A stretch of DNA of 63,712 nucleotides, counting the filler, from Octopus bimaculoides (lineage: Eukaryota): the NCBI RefSeq assembly GCF_001194135.2. It is 5 parts of 5 records of this genome, joined end to end, with 100 filler letters (N's around TTAATTAATTAA, not from the genome) between each part and the next. Parts side by side here need not be neighbours in the genome. Positions count along the whole stretch, not along the records: positions 1 to 22,638 come from NC_068983.1; 4 more parts are not named here. One strand, written 5' to 3'. Made by a program: the position numbers and the translations under genes. A model generated the notes under the pieces. The model was not told the DNA's origin, searched no databases, and worked only from the letters and a program-made list of their open reading frames with translations. This document shows, in pieces, positions 1 to 14,050 of this stretch (position 1 is the stretch's first letter; each line of letters starts with the position of its first letter).

Positions 1-1
1 A

Positions 2-181
2 TGGACAAATATATATAACATACAGAAAATTGCACTACTGGGTACTGCACACATTCTACGCAAAACACTTTCAATACAGTAAACATAAGAGCACCACAGC
101 AAACCACAGCACATACCCAAGGCGCACAGAGCTGCGCTCGGTAGTGAAGTGAAAGCACGTTATAAAAATAAAACTACTGAA
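2..181 (+). mobile_element. 3' end of an R4/Dong-like non-LTR retrotransposon (ORF C-terminus plus 3' UTR), followed by (TAA)n
   Basis: Frame 2 (2-82) reads WTNIYNIQKIALLGTAHILRKTLSIQ*, the QK.ALLGTAHILR C-terminus I recognise from REL-endonuclease LINEs. About 100 bp of UTR then runs into (TAA)n at 182-239. Confidence 0.75.
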
Positions 182-182
182 C

Positions 183-239
<57 letters not shown>
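182..239 (+). repeat. (TAA)n microsatellite
   Basis: Directly visible perfect trinucleotide run. Confidence 0.95.
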
Positions 240-408
240 TACGAAATGTGTGGTTAATGAAGAGAGTGGGTTACTGCAGTCAATGAAGAGAGTAGTGCAC
301 TTGCAAGATCATGCGCTGTTAATCTGGTGTCCCCTTATCAGACGGGTTTCGTATATTTTACCCCAGTGTCATTTTGATGGCATGCACTGCTCTCTCACTC
401 AATAATAA
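240..408 (+). mobile_element. 5'-truncated retroposon 3' end (second TAA-tailed family, probably Dong-like)
   Basis: 324-408 (ctggtgtccccttatcagacggg...ttttaccccagtgtcattttgatggcatgcactgctctctcactcaataataa) matches the reverse complement of 30148-30285. Both end in TAA units. Confidence 0.6.
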
Positions 409-411
409 ACA

Positions 412-480
<69 letters not shown>
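412..480 (+). repeat. (TAG)n microsatellite
   Basis: Directly visible. Confidence 0.95.
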
Positions 481-1214
481 CAACAGCAATAATGCTAATA
501 AGAATTTAATGCTTTTATAAATTTTGAGTATAAATTTGATGTTTAATATTTACACTTTAACGACGATTCTTAGTGTAAAATATTTAAACAAACAATTTGA
601 AAGACTGTATAGAGTTTAAGTTTCAGGTACAGATTATAAATGCGAGATAAATAGGCCGGGTGTAAAATTAGTAACAAAAACTGCTATAATAGAAGCGTAT
701 TAGCATATAAGACGTTAAGATATAAAATATTTTTAAAATGCACAGCCTTAATACTGTGCAAATTTCAGATCGTTTGAAGTTCAAAATCTGGAAAGAAAAA
801 TGATAAAGCATTCATGAGATTGAACTATTCAGATTTTAGATTTTAATTTATAAGCTGGTACTTGTTTTAAATTTGTTCGTGAATTAATGTTAAGCAGTCC
901 TGATCCATAGTACATATGATAACTTTGAATATTTAAAACTTACAAAAGAGAATTTCAGACATATCTTAGCATCTTAGTCGAATTGGTAGTAATTTGAGAT
1001 CAAATAATTCGTTAAAGATAGCTAGAGGGAGACATATATATATGTGTGTGTGTGTGTGTGTGCGCGTGTATATGTGCGTGTATATGTGTGTGTATGTGTG
1101 TGTGCATGTATATATTGTGTGATATATGGACGCAGTGCTTGCAAGAATATTATATAGCCATTCAATCAAGTGAAAATATATTATATAATACGTTCATTTC
1201 TATACTAAGTATAA

Positions 1215-1391
1215 GGTGAGGAGTGTCGTCGAATACATCGATCCTAGTTCTTGACTGGTACTTCATTTAATTGATTACAAAAAGGTGAAAGACAAAACCA
1301 CCTCTGCGGAATTTAACTCAAATCGTAAAGCTGTAAGTAAAGCCGCTAAGCATTTCCTGCAGCATTCTAACTATTCTGCCAGTTCACCGCC
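1215..1391 (-). mobile_element. Degenerate tRNA-derived SINE (family B, Meta-domain-like)
   Basis: Reverse complement begins ggcggtgaactggcagaatagttagaatgctgc...gcttagcggc and contains aagtaccagtc, as in the copies at 31363-31790. Confidence 0.6.
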
Positions 1392-2524
1392 TTAAAATAT
1401 ATCATACAATATTTCCAAATTTGAAACACTAGTTGTATTGAGAAAGATATTTTGAAAACGTCATATATAAAAGATAAAGGTAATATAGCGCCCTACTTCA
1501 TATCCTTCTTAACAAATATAACGCCAGAATACTATTGAAATTGTCAAGTAAAAAAATGTTTCTTAGCTTTGGAGAAAATTGTATGGAAATGTCAAGAAGA
1601 CATACATTAAATCATTCACATTTTCTGTTGCCTAAAGGAATAGCTTTCATTTTCTTAACTGTTGTAAATAACGTTTATATTTTAAGTGCTTTTATAATGC
1701 AATGCAATGTTCCTGATGCGTTCCTGAACAGGTGAATGGCCGCTTTAATTTAAGAGAATGAAGAAAACAGTTCATAAGGTATTTAATGTAAAAGCTATGC
1801 TTTACCAAATGTGTTTTCTCCGTTTCTGTTTATAGTTAAATAACACCAATAATGTAGCAGATAAAACTATTATTGTGTATTAATATGAGTCTAAAAGCTT
1901 ATCATAAGTATTCATTGACCTTCAGACAGACACTGAAATCTGTAATATCAATTATAGCAAAATGTTATTCATTGTAAAATTATTACGAATATCACTGATT
2001 ATGTCGCATACAGATTCATTAAAGATATTACATTAATTTTTAACATCAACTCCAGCAAACTACACACATCCAATATAGTGATCTGCCATCAGATTTGGCT
2101 AATACTAGAAGCGTCGAAATTTTAGTGTGGAGTTCTAATAATATCGAAATATACCTGGAAATGCTTTTATGTTTGCCAAAGCTCAATTTTGATTTATCGT
2201 TGCCACACCTGTCATTCTCTTCCAAAACATATGTATAACTCAAAGTTTAATGAACTACGATATCCTAGCTGCCATAGAATTCGATTAACAGCCATCACTA
2301 ACACAAAGTTTTCCTTTTCTCATTACAGAGCTAATTTTAATGGATTACGATATTTCTTCTAATTACATTAAATGAACAACCATTGCATATGCAACTTCAT
2401 TTTAATGCTTTGCTATATTCAGTCTGTTTTACTTTACATTCCCTTTACAGATGACACATCAAAGCTTTAGAAATATACACAAATATTACACACTAATATA
2501 TATCAAAAGATCGAAAAACGTGAA

Positions 2525-3094
2525 AGGGGTTCGGTGAACTTGCCATGAGGAGTGGAATATCCAACGTTTCGGATTCAATCCTTCGTCAGGGGGCAGAGAA
2601 AAAGAGAAGAAAAGGAGAAAAAAGTCAAACAGAGTTTACATCCTCTCAGCATCAAAAACTGGCTGCAACTGATAATGGACGCAGGATAACACGGGCTGCT
2701 CACGTGAAACAGAAGTTATAGGAGAAGGCGTGCAGAAAACAGGTATGAATGAACGATTTTCCTTTCATCCTTTCACCTTTTCTTAATTCTTTTTTACACT
2801 TTTTAATCCTCCTTCCACACTCTCTCTCCGGAATTCCTGTATTTACTACCTCTACTCTCTCAATCACTTTTTTCCTTCTCCTTTCACCACGCCTTCTCCT
2901 ATAACTTCTGTTTCACGTTAGCAGCCCGTGTTTTTCTGCGACCATTATCTGTTGCAGCCAGTTTTCGAAACTGAGAGGATGTAAACTCCGTTTGACTTTT
3001 TTCTCCTTTTCCTCTCTTTTTCTCTGCCCCCTGACGAAGGATTGAATCCGAAACGTTGGATATTCCACTCCTCCCGGCAAGTTCATGTACCCCT
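2525..3094 (+). mobile_element. Penelope-like non-coding remnant with inverted pseudo-LTR pair
   Basis: 2525-2732 is the reverse complement of 2888-3094 (about 207-bp arms, scattered mismatches) around a pyrimidine-rich spacer. Each arm carries CTGACGAAGGATTGAATCCGAAACGTT. Confidence 0.65.
3031..3057 (+). ncRNA. Minimal hammerhead-ribozyme-like core (mirror copy at 2563-2589, minus)
   Basis: CUGACGA, stem II (GGA/UCC), GAAA, palindromic ACGU, then U. Stem I is only about 2 bp, so activity is doubtful. Confidence 0.4.
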
Positions 3095-6000
3095 GTCAAT
3101 TTTTGCCATATGTTTTCAAGTCTTGCCGGCGCACAGCTATCAGATTATTGCCTGAATAATATACCAAAAGCACTTACCAGCATAAACCTAAATTATATTG
3201 CAATATATACATATTGCAATGCTTGTATATTGAAATATGTACCAATAAAATACCGGAAAAATTTAATTCATTCTAAATATAAAGCCCAAATGCTAAATGA
3301 AAGCCCAGGTTAAAAATATGAAGCCCGGATTCTAAATGTAAATGCTCAGATTCTAAACAAATATTATTAATGTTATTTACTTATAGGCTCTGACTAAATA
3401 GCGTGCAGTGTGTAGTGTACTCCGTAGCTTATGATGCAACTTCTAAATGCATTGTATAAATGTGGTTGTTTTAGCATTCCTTTCTAAAATATCACTCTAG
3501 TGAGCAGAAACTGCCATTGTATAGTGGAGGTTATGCTAGGGAAAATAAAATAAAACGTACTTTTAAACTTGGATAAGTTTGCTCCATATTATATATTATA
3601 TTCTACATATTGTCTACATAGCCTTTAAATTGGTGCTTACTCTAACGCTTTCGATTCGTGTGTTCGATCTTCCTGTTAATGTTAGTACTGCAATTAAACA
3701 GCCATAGTTATTGAATACCTTAGGGTGTGTTCGCCTTGACGTGGAATCTCATCACTATGGCAACAATAGTTTTAAAATTAACATATGACTGTATATAGGG
3801 TTCTTGCTATATGTTTCTCTTGTGTCATTTTCCCCTACATAATATCACATGCACACCGAAGGGCCTAATACATTATAGTTATGTTTTGAAATGAGAACAC
3901 GGTTTTGAAAATGAGAATTATTTCCTAACTTATGCATTGATTAATATGCTTCCTTCATAGAAATCCACATGGTCGGAATCAGTTATTGCTATTCTGGCAT
4001 TCAATGACCCCAGAATCGTTCTATTTAATAAGATATAGTGTTTCTAAACAATCTATTGTGAATCATTTTAAAGAAAAACCATATGCTGATAACTACGGAA
4101 GTGTCTATTCCTATTTGCATAAATTTAGTCAGTAGAAGTATAAGACTAACAGATTGTACGGAATTTATTGCAACGTGTCACAATATTCTGAGTAAGCCAT
4201 ATTAGAGCAGGTAATAAAATATCCAGATAGAGTGGAATGTAGGAATTTAAAGTTTAAACTGCATACAATAAGCAAATACATCAGTTTGCAGGAACAGCAT
4301 ACAAAACATGTCACCAGTGTAATGGAACACAAGAAGAAGGATATATCATGCTAGTAAAGATTTATAATTGCTTGCATATATTGGCAGAATTGTTAAAATG
4401 CTAGAAAAACACTTCACAGTACATATTCTTGCTCATTATATTGACTTCAAGTCTCGTTAAGGTCAACATTTTATTGTCTTCCAACATTCGAGAGCGATGA
4501 ATAAAGTACCAGGAAAGCACTGTGGTCGTCCATATAATAGATAAAACACACCTTCAAAATTATTGGTTTTGTGCCTAATCTCGAAGCCATTGTCATATAA
4601 TGGCATCAGTACGGCTGGTTGGTTCGGAGAATCTTTAAAACGTCAGATAAAATATTTGCAATATTGTCTGTTCCGATGCCACTACTAAAGTCATATTAGC
4701 TTTTTCCCTCCTTTTGAGATCGATTGAAAGAAGCACTAGCCACATTATGAGATCGATATAATCGATAGGCCACATTCCCTTAATTATTGATGACTTTGTG
4801 TCTTAGTAAGAATAAAGAATTTTTATATATACCGTCTAACGGGAGAATCTTCAAATTTCGTCAAGCTCTACTGTATTCGTTATCCCTCCGTTGTCAACAG
4901 AATGAGATGCCTATCAAGTATAGAGGTCAATGCTTTCACAAAGACATCTCTTATAAATCTATGTATGTTAAACACAGTTGCTTTCACATTTGATGTGTCT
5001 CTCACATACTCTGGCGTGCTCGAGTCTTTCGCTGGATTGCATCTGCCCCTCTCTTACACAAAATTGTTGTCTTTGCTGTTATCTTAGAAATAATCGCTAT
5101 GGAGATTAGCGTGGTGTAACGGCAGAATCTTTACAGAGTTAGAGGTAATGCTTTGCGGAATAATTTTCGACTTTTACAATATCAACACTGTTTCTCATTT
5201 CTCCGTTGTATTTCAGTTTAAATTACTATTTAAGATGGGTTAATTCAATCGGCAAACCCACTCTACAAAATTGCAAATAGTTGTTATATGTGTACGCTTG
5301 TTTCTATTCTGAGTTCAAATCTGCGCTTTCCATCTACACCACCAATCTTCACAGAGACAACAAAAGAATACTGATCATTTCCTAAGGTCGATGAAGTAAG
5401 ATATTACTCACTACTGTCAGTTTAGGTGACGAAATAGTTTCTTTAAATGTTTGCCTAGGAAATTAATGTGCAAAACGTTGCTTTGTGATATTTAATTTTG
5501 GCTAGTTTCGTTCTGTGGTCAAATCCCGCCAATATTCATAAAATAAAGGATTAGCACAGTGACGATGTGCTTAACTTTGAAATCATTATCACCCATATAA
5601 TTATAATTCTTGGAATATGAATTACATACAAATACATACTTTAAAAAAGCGCAATGAGATATAACTCAAATGGATCATTCGAATATCGATTGATAAGATG
5701 AAGGGTGCTGTACTGTTTGATGTACATTTTATCATTTACTTATTGAAAATATATTGCTAAAATGAATTTCCCTAAATATGAACATATAAACATTTGAAAC
5801 GAATAAACATACACGAGTAACCAACATAATTTTGATGAATTCTAATTCATAAAAACGTATCATAGTAGCCCCTTGCCTGATAACAAAGACAGACTTTCCA
5901 TCTACTTACGTACAATTAGTTAAAGGTATTTATTCGTATTTTTGTCAATATCTCCACTTTTCTTTGAATGTTCTGACAATAGATGCTAGATGATTTCTTG

Positions 6001-8842
6001 CTCATTCCTCATTTTAAGAGATAGATTCCAGTTAATTAAGATACATTTGGAATTGTGTTCCGCACATCAACTGTATATTCTTTGCGCCTATTCAACGGTG
6101 ACTGAACAGGTTTATTGCCAAAGGCATCTCTCATGTAATAACACCGTCTATTTAAAGAGATGTGGGTTTACATTGCTTAATGTTGTCTATTTGTCTTTTA
6201 AAGTAATATGGTGGTATCTGAAACACGTTATACGGCTATTTCCAGTAGTTTAAACAATTAGATAAATGTCCTCACATTGCTACGCCTTTCGCATGAAAAA
6301 TATCCCACCAATGTCATTAGAGGACAAATAATTACAGCACATTTGTTATATACGCATTTAATCTCATATTCGCAACTGTGACTGGTTCTACTTTGTAGCC
6401 AAGTAAAAAATTTAATATTGATTTCTGGCTTTGACCTCAGAATGATTAATATCTTAGGTGATCATTCTCTGTAAAAATTAAAAGATCCTCACATGTTTCT
6501 GCCCAATTCACAAATGGATATGGCTATCCGCTTCCAGGAATTTTAATACTATAATTAATAGTATTTTTCCTAGTGAAACGTGAAAAGGTTTATGGTCGTT
6601 AGTCAAAATGGAATATAAAAGTGGTATCTGAATGAACCATATTATTCCTTATTAAATTTCAAGTGTCCTTGGATTTGTTACAAGACACAGACTCACTAGG
6701 ACCAGCTATGCTTGGCCCAGCTGGAGATAGAGATGTATGTACACATACACATGTACGTATATATGAACATATGTTTGTGTGATTGTGTATGTGAGTGAGT
6801 AAATGTTCACAGATAAGCATACACTTATTTATATAAACCGATAAACATAGCCATCACTCGCAAGCGATTTTGACATGGATGCAATACACCATACCTTCAC
6901 TAAATTTTTAGATACCTACGTAGTTGAGTGTATTTGGGAGCAGATACAAACAATTCATTGCTCCTCGCTACCCCCACCCCCTTAGCTTAGTGGAACGCTG
7001 AGAATGTGAAAACGAGCAGGAGAGGAAGCTGCATGAGTAATCTAACTGGTACTCATTGTCAGCTGAGTGGAGCACCGTGAAATTAAGTCCATTTTTGAAA
7101 CACAACGCGCTACAAACTTGCGGAATTGAACCACGGCCTCAGTATCATGTAATGTAATACCAAATGACTAGTTCTTCTCAACACAATGTGAACAAATACT
7201 GTTTTGCAGACCTATAAACAAATACCAAACATTCTACATTATATGAATTCCTAAGAGGATCTGCATGTACGATTTTCTTTTTATTTACATACGTTCTTTG
7301 TTCAGGCATAGTTTAACCAGTGACAAAAGTTTGATTTCATATATTTATTTAAATAAAAGAAGACCTATTATATTTGTTCTCTGTAAAGCATCACCAATCC
7401 CAATGCTTAAATCGTATACTAAAATGGGATTCAACTCACATTTTCAAAGTAAGATGTGTCGAATGATCCCCAATTGAACTGTATTTCCAACAACAGTTAA
7501 ACATCCAAATTTACCTTTAGTATTATACTCCTCACCGTAGTAACCCATAATGGGTGCTAGAATTTGAATCTTATCTATTAACCAAATAGTCGATATAATC
7601 GATCTCTTTCATATAATGGAGGAAATGCTATAACGATTTACATATTTATGCATAAGAAAATTAATATAACATAACATGGAATTTCCCTAAATCCCACTAG
7701 TTATTATTTCAGATATATATTTATGGGCATAGTCATGGTTGTGTAGTTAAATAATTTCTTCCTAACCATGGGGTTTCAAATGCTATCATACTGAATGTTA
7801 TCTTCAGCAAATGTCAATTACCATATGCTCAAGCCAATCCAATTATTTTTGAGTTTCAAAGCTCTTATAAAAAGCATTTCGTCATAGGTATTAATCTTGA
7901 TTTGTGGCCTAGTTGTTTTAACACCGCCTCACCCAAGGTTATCTTCAGCAAGATCTAATTTTGCAAACAACCAGTCTAAATCTTGACTATAAGAGTGGTT
8001 TTCACACTACATTCCACCACATTCGGAAGACTTGAACAGTTCCTAAGCTGTTTTCCTTTTTCTCATAACTGATTGATACTAGTAGTTCTAATATTTCTCG
8101 AAACATCAAAACAATAAGATATTGAGGAAATTAAGATTATGATTATTAGTTGAGAACCTAGACAAGGTTTTCATAGCCGAACTCGTAGAAAAGTTCATAC
8201 ATGTCTCTCTCCAAGAACGATAACCTTGTCTAATGATTCATATAAACATCATATTTGGACTGCTCCTGTAAGTGATTAAGTAGGGGCCGTGCAACCTTTG
8301 AGAACGTTATCATAAAGGGATCATCTGCGCTGATAAAACGTAAAAGCTAATCACACAAACAGAAGTCCATGGCACTTAATGACTTGTTTGCAAATATGTT
8401 GTGCGTCATCTTATATGCATTAATGCAGAAACAAAATATGTAAACATGTGTATTGTTACATTATCATCGAACATTTCTATAAATTAGATTTTTTTAAATT
8501 AAATTAAATTGTATTGACATTATCCCGAAAAAATAGGAATGATTTGGAAAGAATTTAAAATGCTAAACGGAAACGCTTTCAAACTTTTTTTCTGGCAGTA
8601 ACTGTTACAAACTCATTAATGCTATGTATTCCTTCAGTAATGAACTTGATTGGAACAGAAGGAAAAGCAAAATAGTTGGAATAAAAATAATCAACAAAAT
8701 AAAATTTCTATGTCGTTAATGATTGACGGGTTACTGAAACTTTTCAATTTCATTATTAGAGTCAGATTTATTCTACCGTTGTGATTCCTTATGAAACAGA
8801 GGAACAGGGTAATAATGTTAATAAGAAAATGCTATGGTTGCT

Positions 8843-8900
<58 letters not shown>

Positions 8901-9060
8901 CGGTGGTGGGGTGGTGGATATGGCGGTGGTGGTAGTGGTGATGGTCGTTGCGATGGTAACACTAGCCATGATGACAGTGTTGTTATGGTAGTCATGGTGG
9001 TTGTAGTGGTGATAATGTGGATAGTGGTGGGATGAGGCAGAGTTGGGTTTGTCGTAGTGG
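8843..9060 (+). repeat. (TAG)n then degenerate (GGT)n low-complexity tract
   Basis: Directly visible. It accounts for ORFs 8789-8995 and 8791-8991. Confidence 0.9.
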
Positions 9061-10844
9061 GGGGTGCAGCGCTATGTGCTGATAACTATGCAAATCATGA
9101 CATTAATGAATGCAGATATTTTAACGTTGATGATGCTGTTTGTAGTGGTGATGGTGGTAGTTTTAGTGGTGGAAACAATGATAATGAGGATGATCATGAT
9201 GTAATTTGATGTAATTCATAATGACTTCATTCATAGCTATGGTGATGATAGCAATAATACAAGTAATGTAGCTTAAATAATTCACAGTGAAAATGACAAT
9301 TCAACATCCGAAGACGGAATGAAAATTGTCCGACCCCGGAACCGTTTTCAGGATGTTTCTTATTGTTCTGAGCTCTAGAAATTGTTGGTGTCATTGTTTA
9401 CTTCAAGGTTATCCCTGATCGAGCTAATATATGAACTATAACATTCCGATTGTGACTAAACTGTGCTTTCATGTGTTCATTACCCAATGTGCTTTTTATT
9501 TTTTAATCATATTTGGGTGTGATGTGATAGAATCTTCGTATATATAGAACGATCGCATACAGGTTTTGCTTTCAGCTTGATTGCACATAGTGCATGATAG
9601 CTTTCTCTAAGATTATTCAAAGCAAAGTATCTTTAAACTTATATATGGTATCAATAACAACACCAGAAACAAACTTCGATGTGAAATAATAAAAAAAAAA
9701 TCGTGAGTCCGACGCGTCCACCTAACAACATGCTCCGGTAATCTACAAGAACAATCTAGAAGCTTTGGCTGACAATATGTTCTTTTGCTGAACTGGTGTA
9801 AAAAGATATCTTGAGGCATCAACATGTTCCACTCTTACGACCACAGCACTTACATGCGCTCATTGATCTTATCAGAACTCGCTATCATAATAGATATAAA
9901 ATCATTAACACCTTTTTAAATAATGACTTCGATTCGACATCACAAATCGAACGATTGAACTGATCGTCATCGTCATATTTCGAAAGACAGAAATCGAGTA
10001 GGGTATTCTAACGTTATAGTTATTTTTCATTATATATATTTTGCCAAATAAATAGAACGCAGTTTCAGAGAGTTTTGACTGTTGCTTCTATCAGAGCGAG
10101 AACTTACAAGCTCTTTTCTTGTAACGCGTTTCCCTTAAAGTGTATCTACTGCTTATGTAAGTAGATTTTTTTTTGTTTTGCCCAGTTACTTTTATGGATA
10201 TTCCAACACCAGACATTGCTTCAAATAATTTTGTTAAACCCCCAGAATAATTAAACTATTTCTAGTCCTCAACATATCTTTATGATCGAAAGTATCTAAT
10301 TCCTCTAAATGAGGAATTAAAATTCTTACATATCTAATTCGAACAGAACTATTCATTTGTTTTCACACTGCACTGTTACCAATGGAAACATTAAGCATTT
10401 TTTCCCATGAAACGAAACTCTGTCGTGTGTAGTATACAATAAAGTGAGAGATCATACCTTTTCATCTCTCTGTACTGATACCATATCTCTAATTCTCAAA
10501 TTGAAACATATGTAATTTTGTTTTAAAGTGATGTAAGGGAATAAGGAAAATTAAGGTGTCACATGTTGCCTCGGGTCTTTTGTGTAACAAAGGTTTCAGT
10601 ATATGCAATTTTTAGTTTAGCGGTTACATAGCTTCTTTTTATAGTATATGAAAAATATTATATTTAACATTATCTGCATGTTACAACTTCTTCGGTCATA
10701 TTTAGTAGATGCTGTTTCGTATTCAGAGTTCAGGATTCACTCCGAAGGGATTACAATCAGAGTCAATTTCGACGAAAGCGAACCAATGACATTAAATCTC
10801 AGACCGCCTGTGCTCCTCGGAGAAAATTCTACTGCTTTATTTCT

Positions 10845-10981
10845 GATCATATCAAGAAGAAATGAATAACAAATTCCAAACTAACAAGCAGTGAAAAGTG
10901 GGACGACAATATGATCGACAGTAGTATTTTTTCGTTGCTTGTTGCTTTGGAATTTGTTATTCATTTCTTCTTGATATTATC
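10845..10981. repeat. Inverted repeat/hairpin, arms about 46 bp
   Basis: gatcatatcaagaagaaatgaataacaaattccaaactaacaagca (10845-10890) pairs with 10936-10981, with 3 mismatches. Confidence 0.85.
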
Positions 10982-12629
10982 ACAAATAGAGGAATTGAAT
11001 TTTTTACAAGTAACACGGCTGGTCTGCGATTTAATGTTCTTGGTTCGCTTGCGTCGAAATTGATTCTGATTATAATCCTATACCCTACCACAAATCATAT
11101 ATGAATTCTGATACAAAATTTACCTTTGTAACGCTGCTTTGTTTCGATTCGCACGTTTGATATCTTACACTTTTCTTCCAGTTTGGTTCTGGAAGGTCTG
11201 TTTTTCAAACTATTGAATATTCTTTACCTTTTGTTAATACTTCTTTCATCATAAAAGCTTTCCTTTTTAACACTTTGTATTTTGTTCAATTGTTTTTGTA
11301 CTAGTTTCTCAGTTATACGTTGATGACTAAATTTTTCTCTGAAGAGTGGGATTTGTTGTTTGTTCCTACACTTCAATATTTTTGTTGCTAGTTTCTAGTT
11401 ATGCACGTTTTGTCATTTCATATGGACCATGTCATACCAGACAATGCTGTCGTTGTTCAATCATTACTACGTCTACTCCAAAATAATAACCTTCTATATC
11501 AGGACATGGCTTGCTAGATATAGCACACAAATATCGCTGAAATGTAATTTACCACAGTAAGTAGGGATAGAAACAATTAGTTTGTATAATTATAAATAAC
11601 TTTACCTTATAATTTCAGATCTTATGAAGGTCGACGTAATTAGTATTGTTTCGCGATCAATAAGTTAATTTGTCTGTCAAGTACTGGGATTGATTGTACT
11701 AAACACATGCATACACGTACACACTCCAACTATCATCACCAGAAAATCACACACAGATACAAACGCTCACACACAAACGTGTGCACACACACACATACAC
11801 ACACAAGCATGCACATGCACTCACACACACACACGAACACCTGTCACCATTTTTATGTTAGTAATCAATTTCAATGTTGTTATTGTTCCTAATTGCTAAA
11901 TTACCCACAGGTTTTACCATATAGTTTTTGTTTCCTTTTGCAACCAAGGCAACCAGTCAGATTTTAATCATCTTCGCACAGCCGAATGAATTTCCGTTGC
12001 GAAGCCGGAAATAAATTAGTTAACCACATAACATTTCTTTCTCATAAACAAGTTAAACAAATTATGAACGTGTTTATTTTTTTTGATTTTTTTTTTGATA
12101 AATTATTAAAATAAGAAATATAACAAATCAACAGAACTAAGTAAATATATGTTACATATTAAAACAATATAATAATTATTAGAGATAAAGGGGATTGTAA
12201 CATAATACGATATACGTAACAGCTTAACACACATCTAAAAATATAAGATATACAACATATTCTGCAAAAATAGTATTTTAACGGATAATAAATTATACCT
12301 CAGAACATAAGTGTAGCAGAGGTAGCGTATGAAAATTATATATCGATACAAAAACGATAAGAAAATAAAACTCACAAGATAAAACAGATTATGTGAGATA
12401 TGACACTTAATAAGATATGTGACATTAAACAGATATCTCATCTATGATAAAGGCAGCTTATCTTATACAACAGATACATCGAAGATAAAACAATATAAGA
12501 TATATAACTACCATATTAGCTTATAACATGAAAATCCATACATCAGCTGCTTGGATGCATAACTTCCCAAACAAATGTAATTACATGAAGAAACAGAATA
12601 CTAATAATGAGAACCCTAGTAATGAGGAC

Positions 12630-12890
12630 AATAATAATAAGAAGAAGAAACAGAAGAAGAAGAAGAAGAAGAAGAAGAAGAAGAAGAAGAAGAAGAAGAA
12701 GAAGAAGAAGAAGAAGAAAAAAGGACAACAACAATAATAATAATAAGTTTGGTGATGATGATGATGATGATGATGATGATACGGAGGAGGAGAATCATGA
12801 TGACGACGACGATGATGACAACGGTGACGATGAGGAGGAAAAGGAGGAAGACGAGAAGGAGGACGCGGAGGGGGCCGAGGATTACATTAA
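12630..12890 (+). repeat. Compound (TAA)/(GAA)/(GAT)/(GAG) microsatellite
   Basis: Directly visible. Confidence 0.95.
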
Positions 12891-13772
12891 TAATGCTTCT
12901 TTTAATTTTTTTTTTTTTCTGTAGCTGACACTAACTTTATCAATACCGGAATGGAACTAAAAAGAATAAAACTTGAGAAACATGTATAAAAAGTTAACAA
13001 CCAGCCAATCAAGTTTTAGTTTCAAGATGATTTGTTACAATCAGTTTCAATGAATGACAAGTAATGAGCAACAACTAAAAGAAGCAAAAAGAAACTAAGA
13101 AATAAATAATTTTCTTTGTTATTTTCTTTTGTTACAGTTGAAAAATAAACGTTGCATTTAGTGAACACGGCCTTAAATAAGAGAGCACGAATGCCAACAT
13201 TAGTGTGCATGCCTCCTGAACAAGAGAAAATGAATGAAACTCAACAATAAAGAGAATAAATATATGAAAGTTTCACCATCACAACATATATCTATTGATG
13301 TGGAAATTATTAGTAATTAATCAATGCCTTACAGAATCTACTAAACAAAGTTGTAAATATTACCTAATGCTCTGTGAAAGGTTTCCAACGTTGCATTGTT
13401 GAACAACACAACTAATTGCCTCTTCGAAGACAGTTCCGTTTATGTTATTCGTTATTTTCTTTTTAAACGAAAATAATAGAGATCAAATGGAAACGATGTT
13501 ATAGAATGAATCTAAATATAAAGCAAATAATATTTCGTAAATAATGATGGGAAGAAAATAATATATGGTTAATAACAAATGGAAAATAATGTACAGTAAA
13601 TAAAATCATACTTGCAATAAAACACTTAATGAATTAATTAATCTATCAAAGAGCCAATCTATTACTGCAGATAGCGACCTGTTAATCCTTCTGTTTCTAG
13701 ATCTGCTACTCTCAGTGTTTTCTTTTCCTCTATCTCACACATCCCTCTCAATACATTTAATTATTTAACTAC

Positions 13773-13821
13773 ACACACGCGCGCGCGCGCGCACGCGCGT
13801 ATATATATATATATATATATA

Positions 13822-13875
<54 letters not shown>

Positions 13876-13957
13876 NNNNNNNNNNAGAAAGAGAGAGAGA
13901 GAGAAAGAGAAAGAGATAGAAAGAAAGAGAGATAGATAGATAGACAGATAGACAGAC

Positions 13958-14014
<57 letters not shown>

Positions 14015-14050
14015 CATACATACATACAGATGGATACAGATATATAGTCA
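13773..14050 (+). repeat. Compound (CG)/(TA)/(GA)/(GATA) microsatellite with 10-N gap
   Basis: Directly visible. Confidence 0.95.

Noticed and set aside
7900-8340. Very degraded RTE-like hints on the minus strand (NVLKGCTAPT)
   Set aside because: The similarity is too weak to separate from chance.
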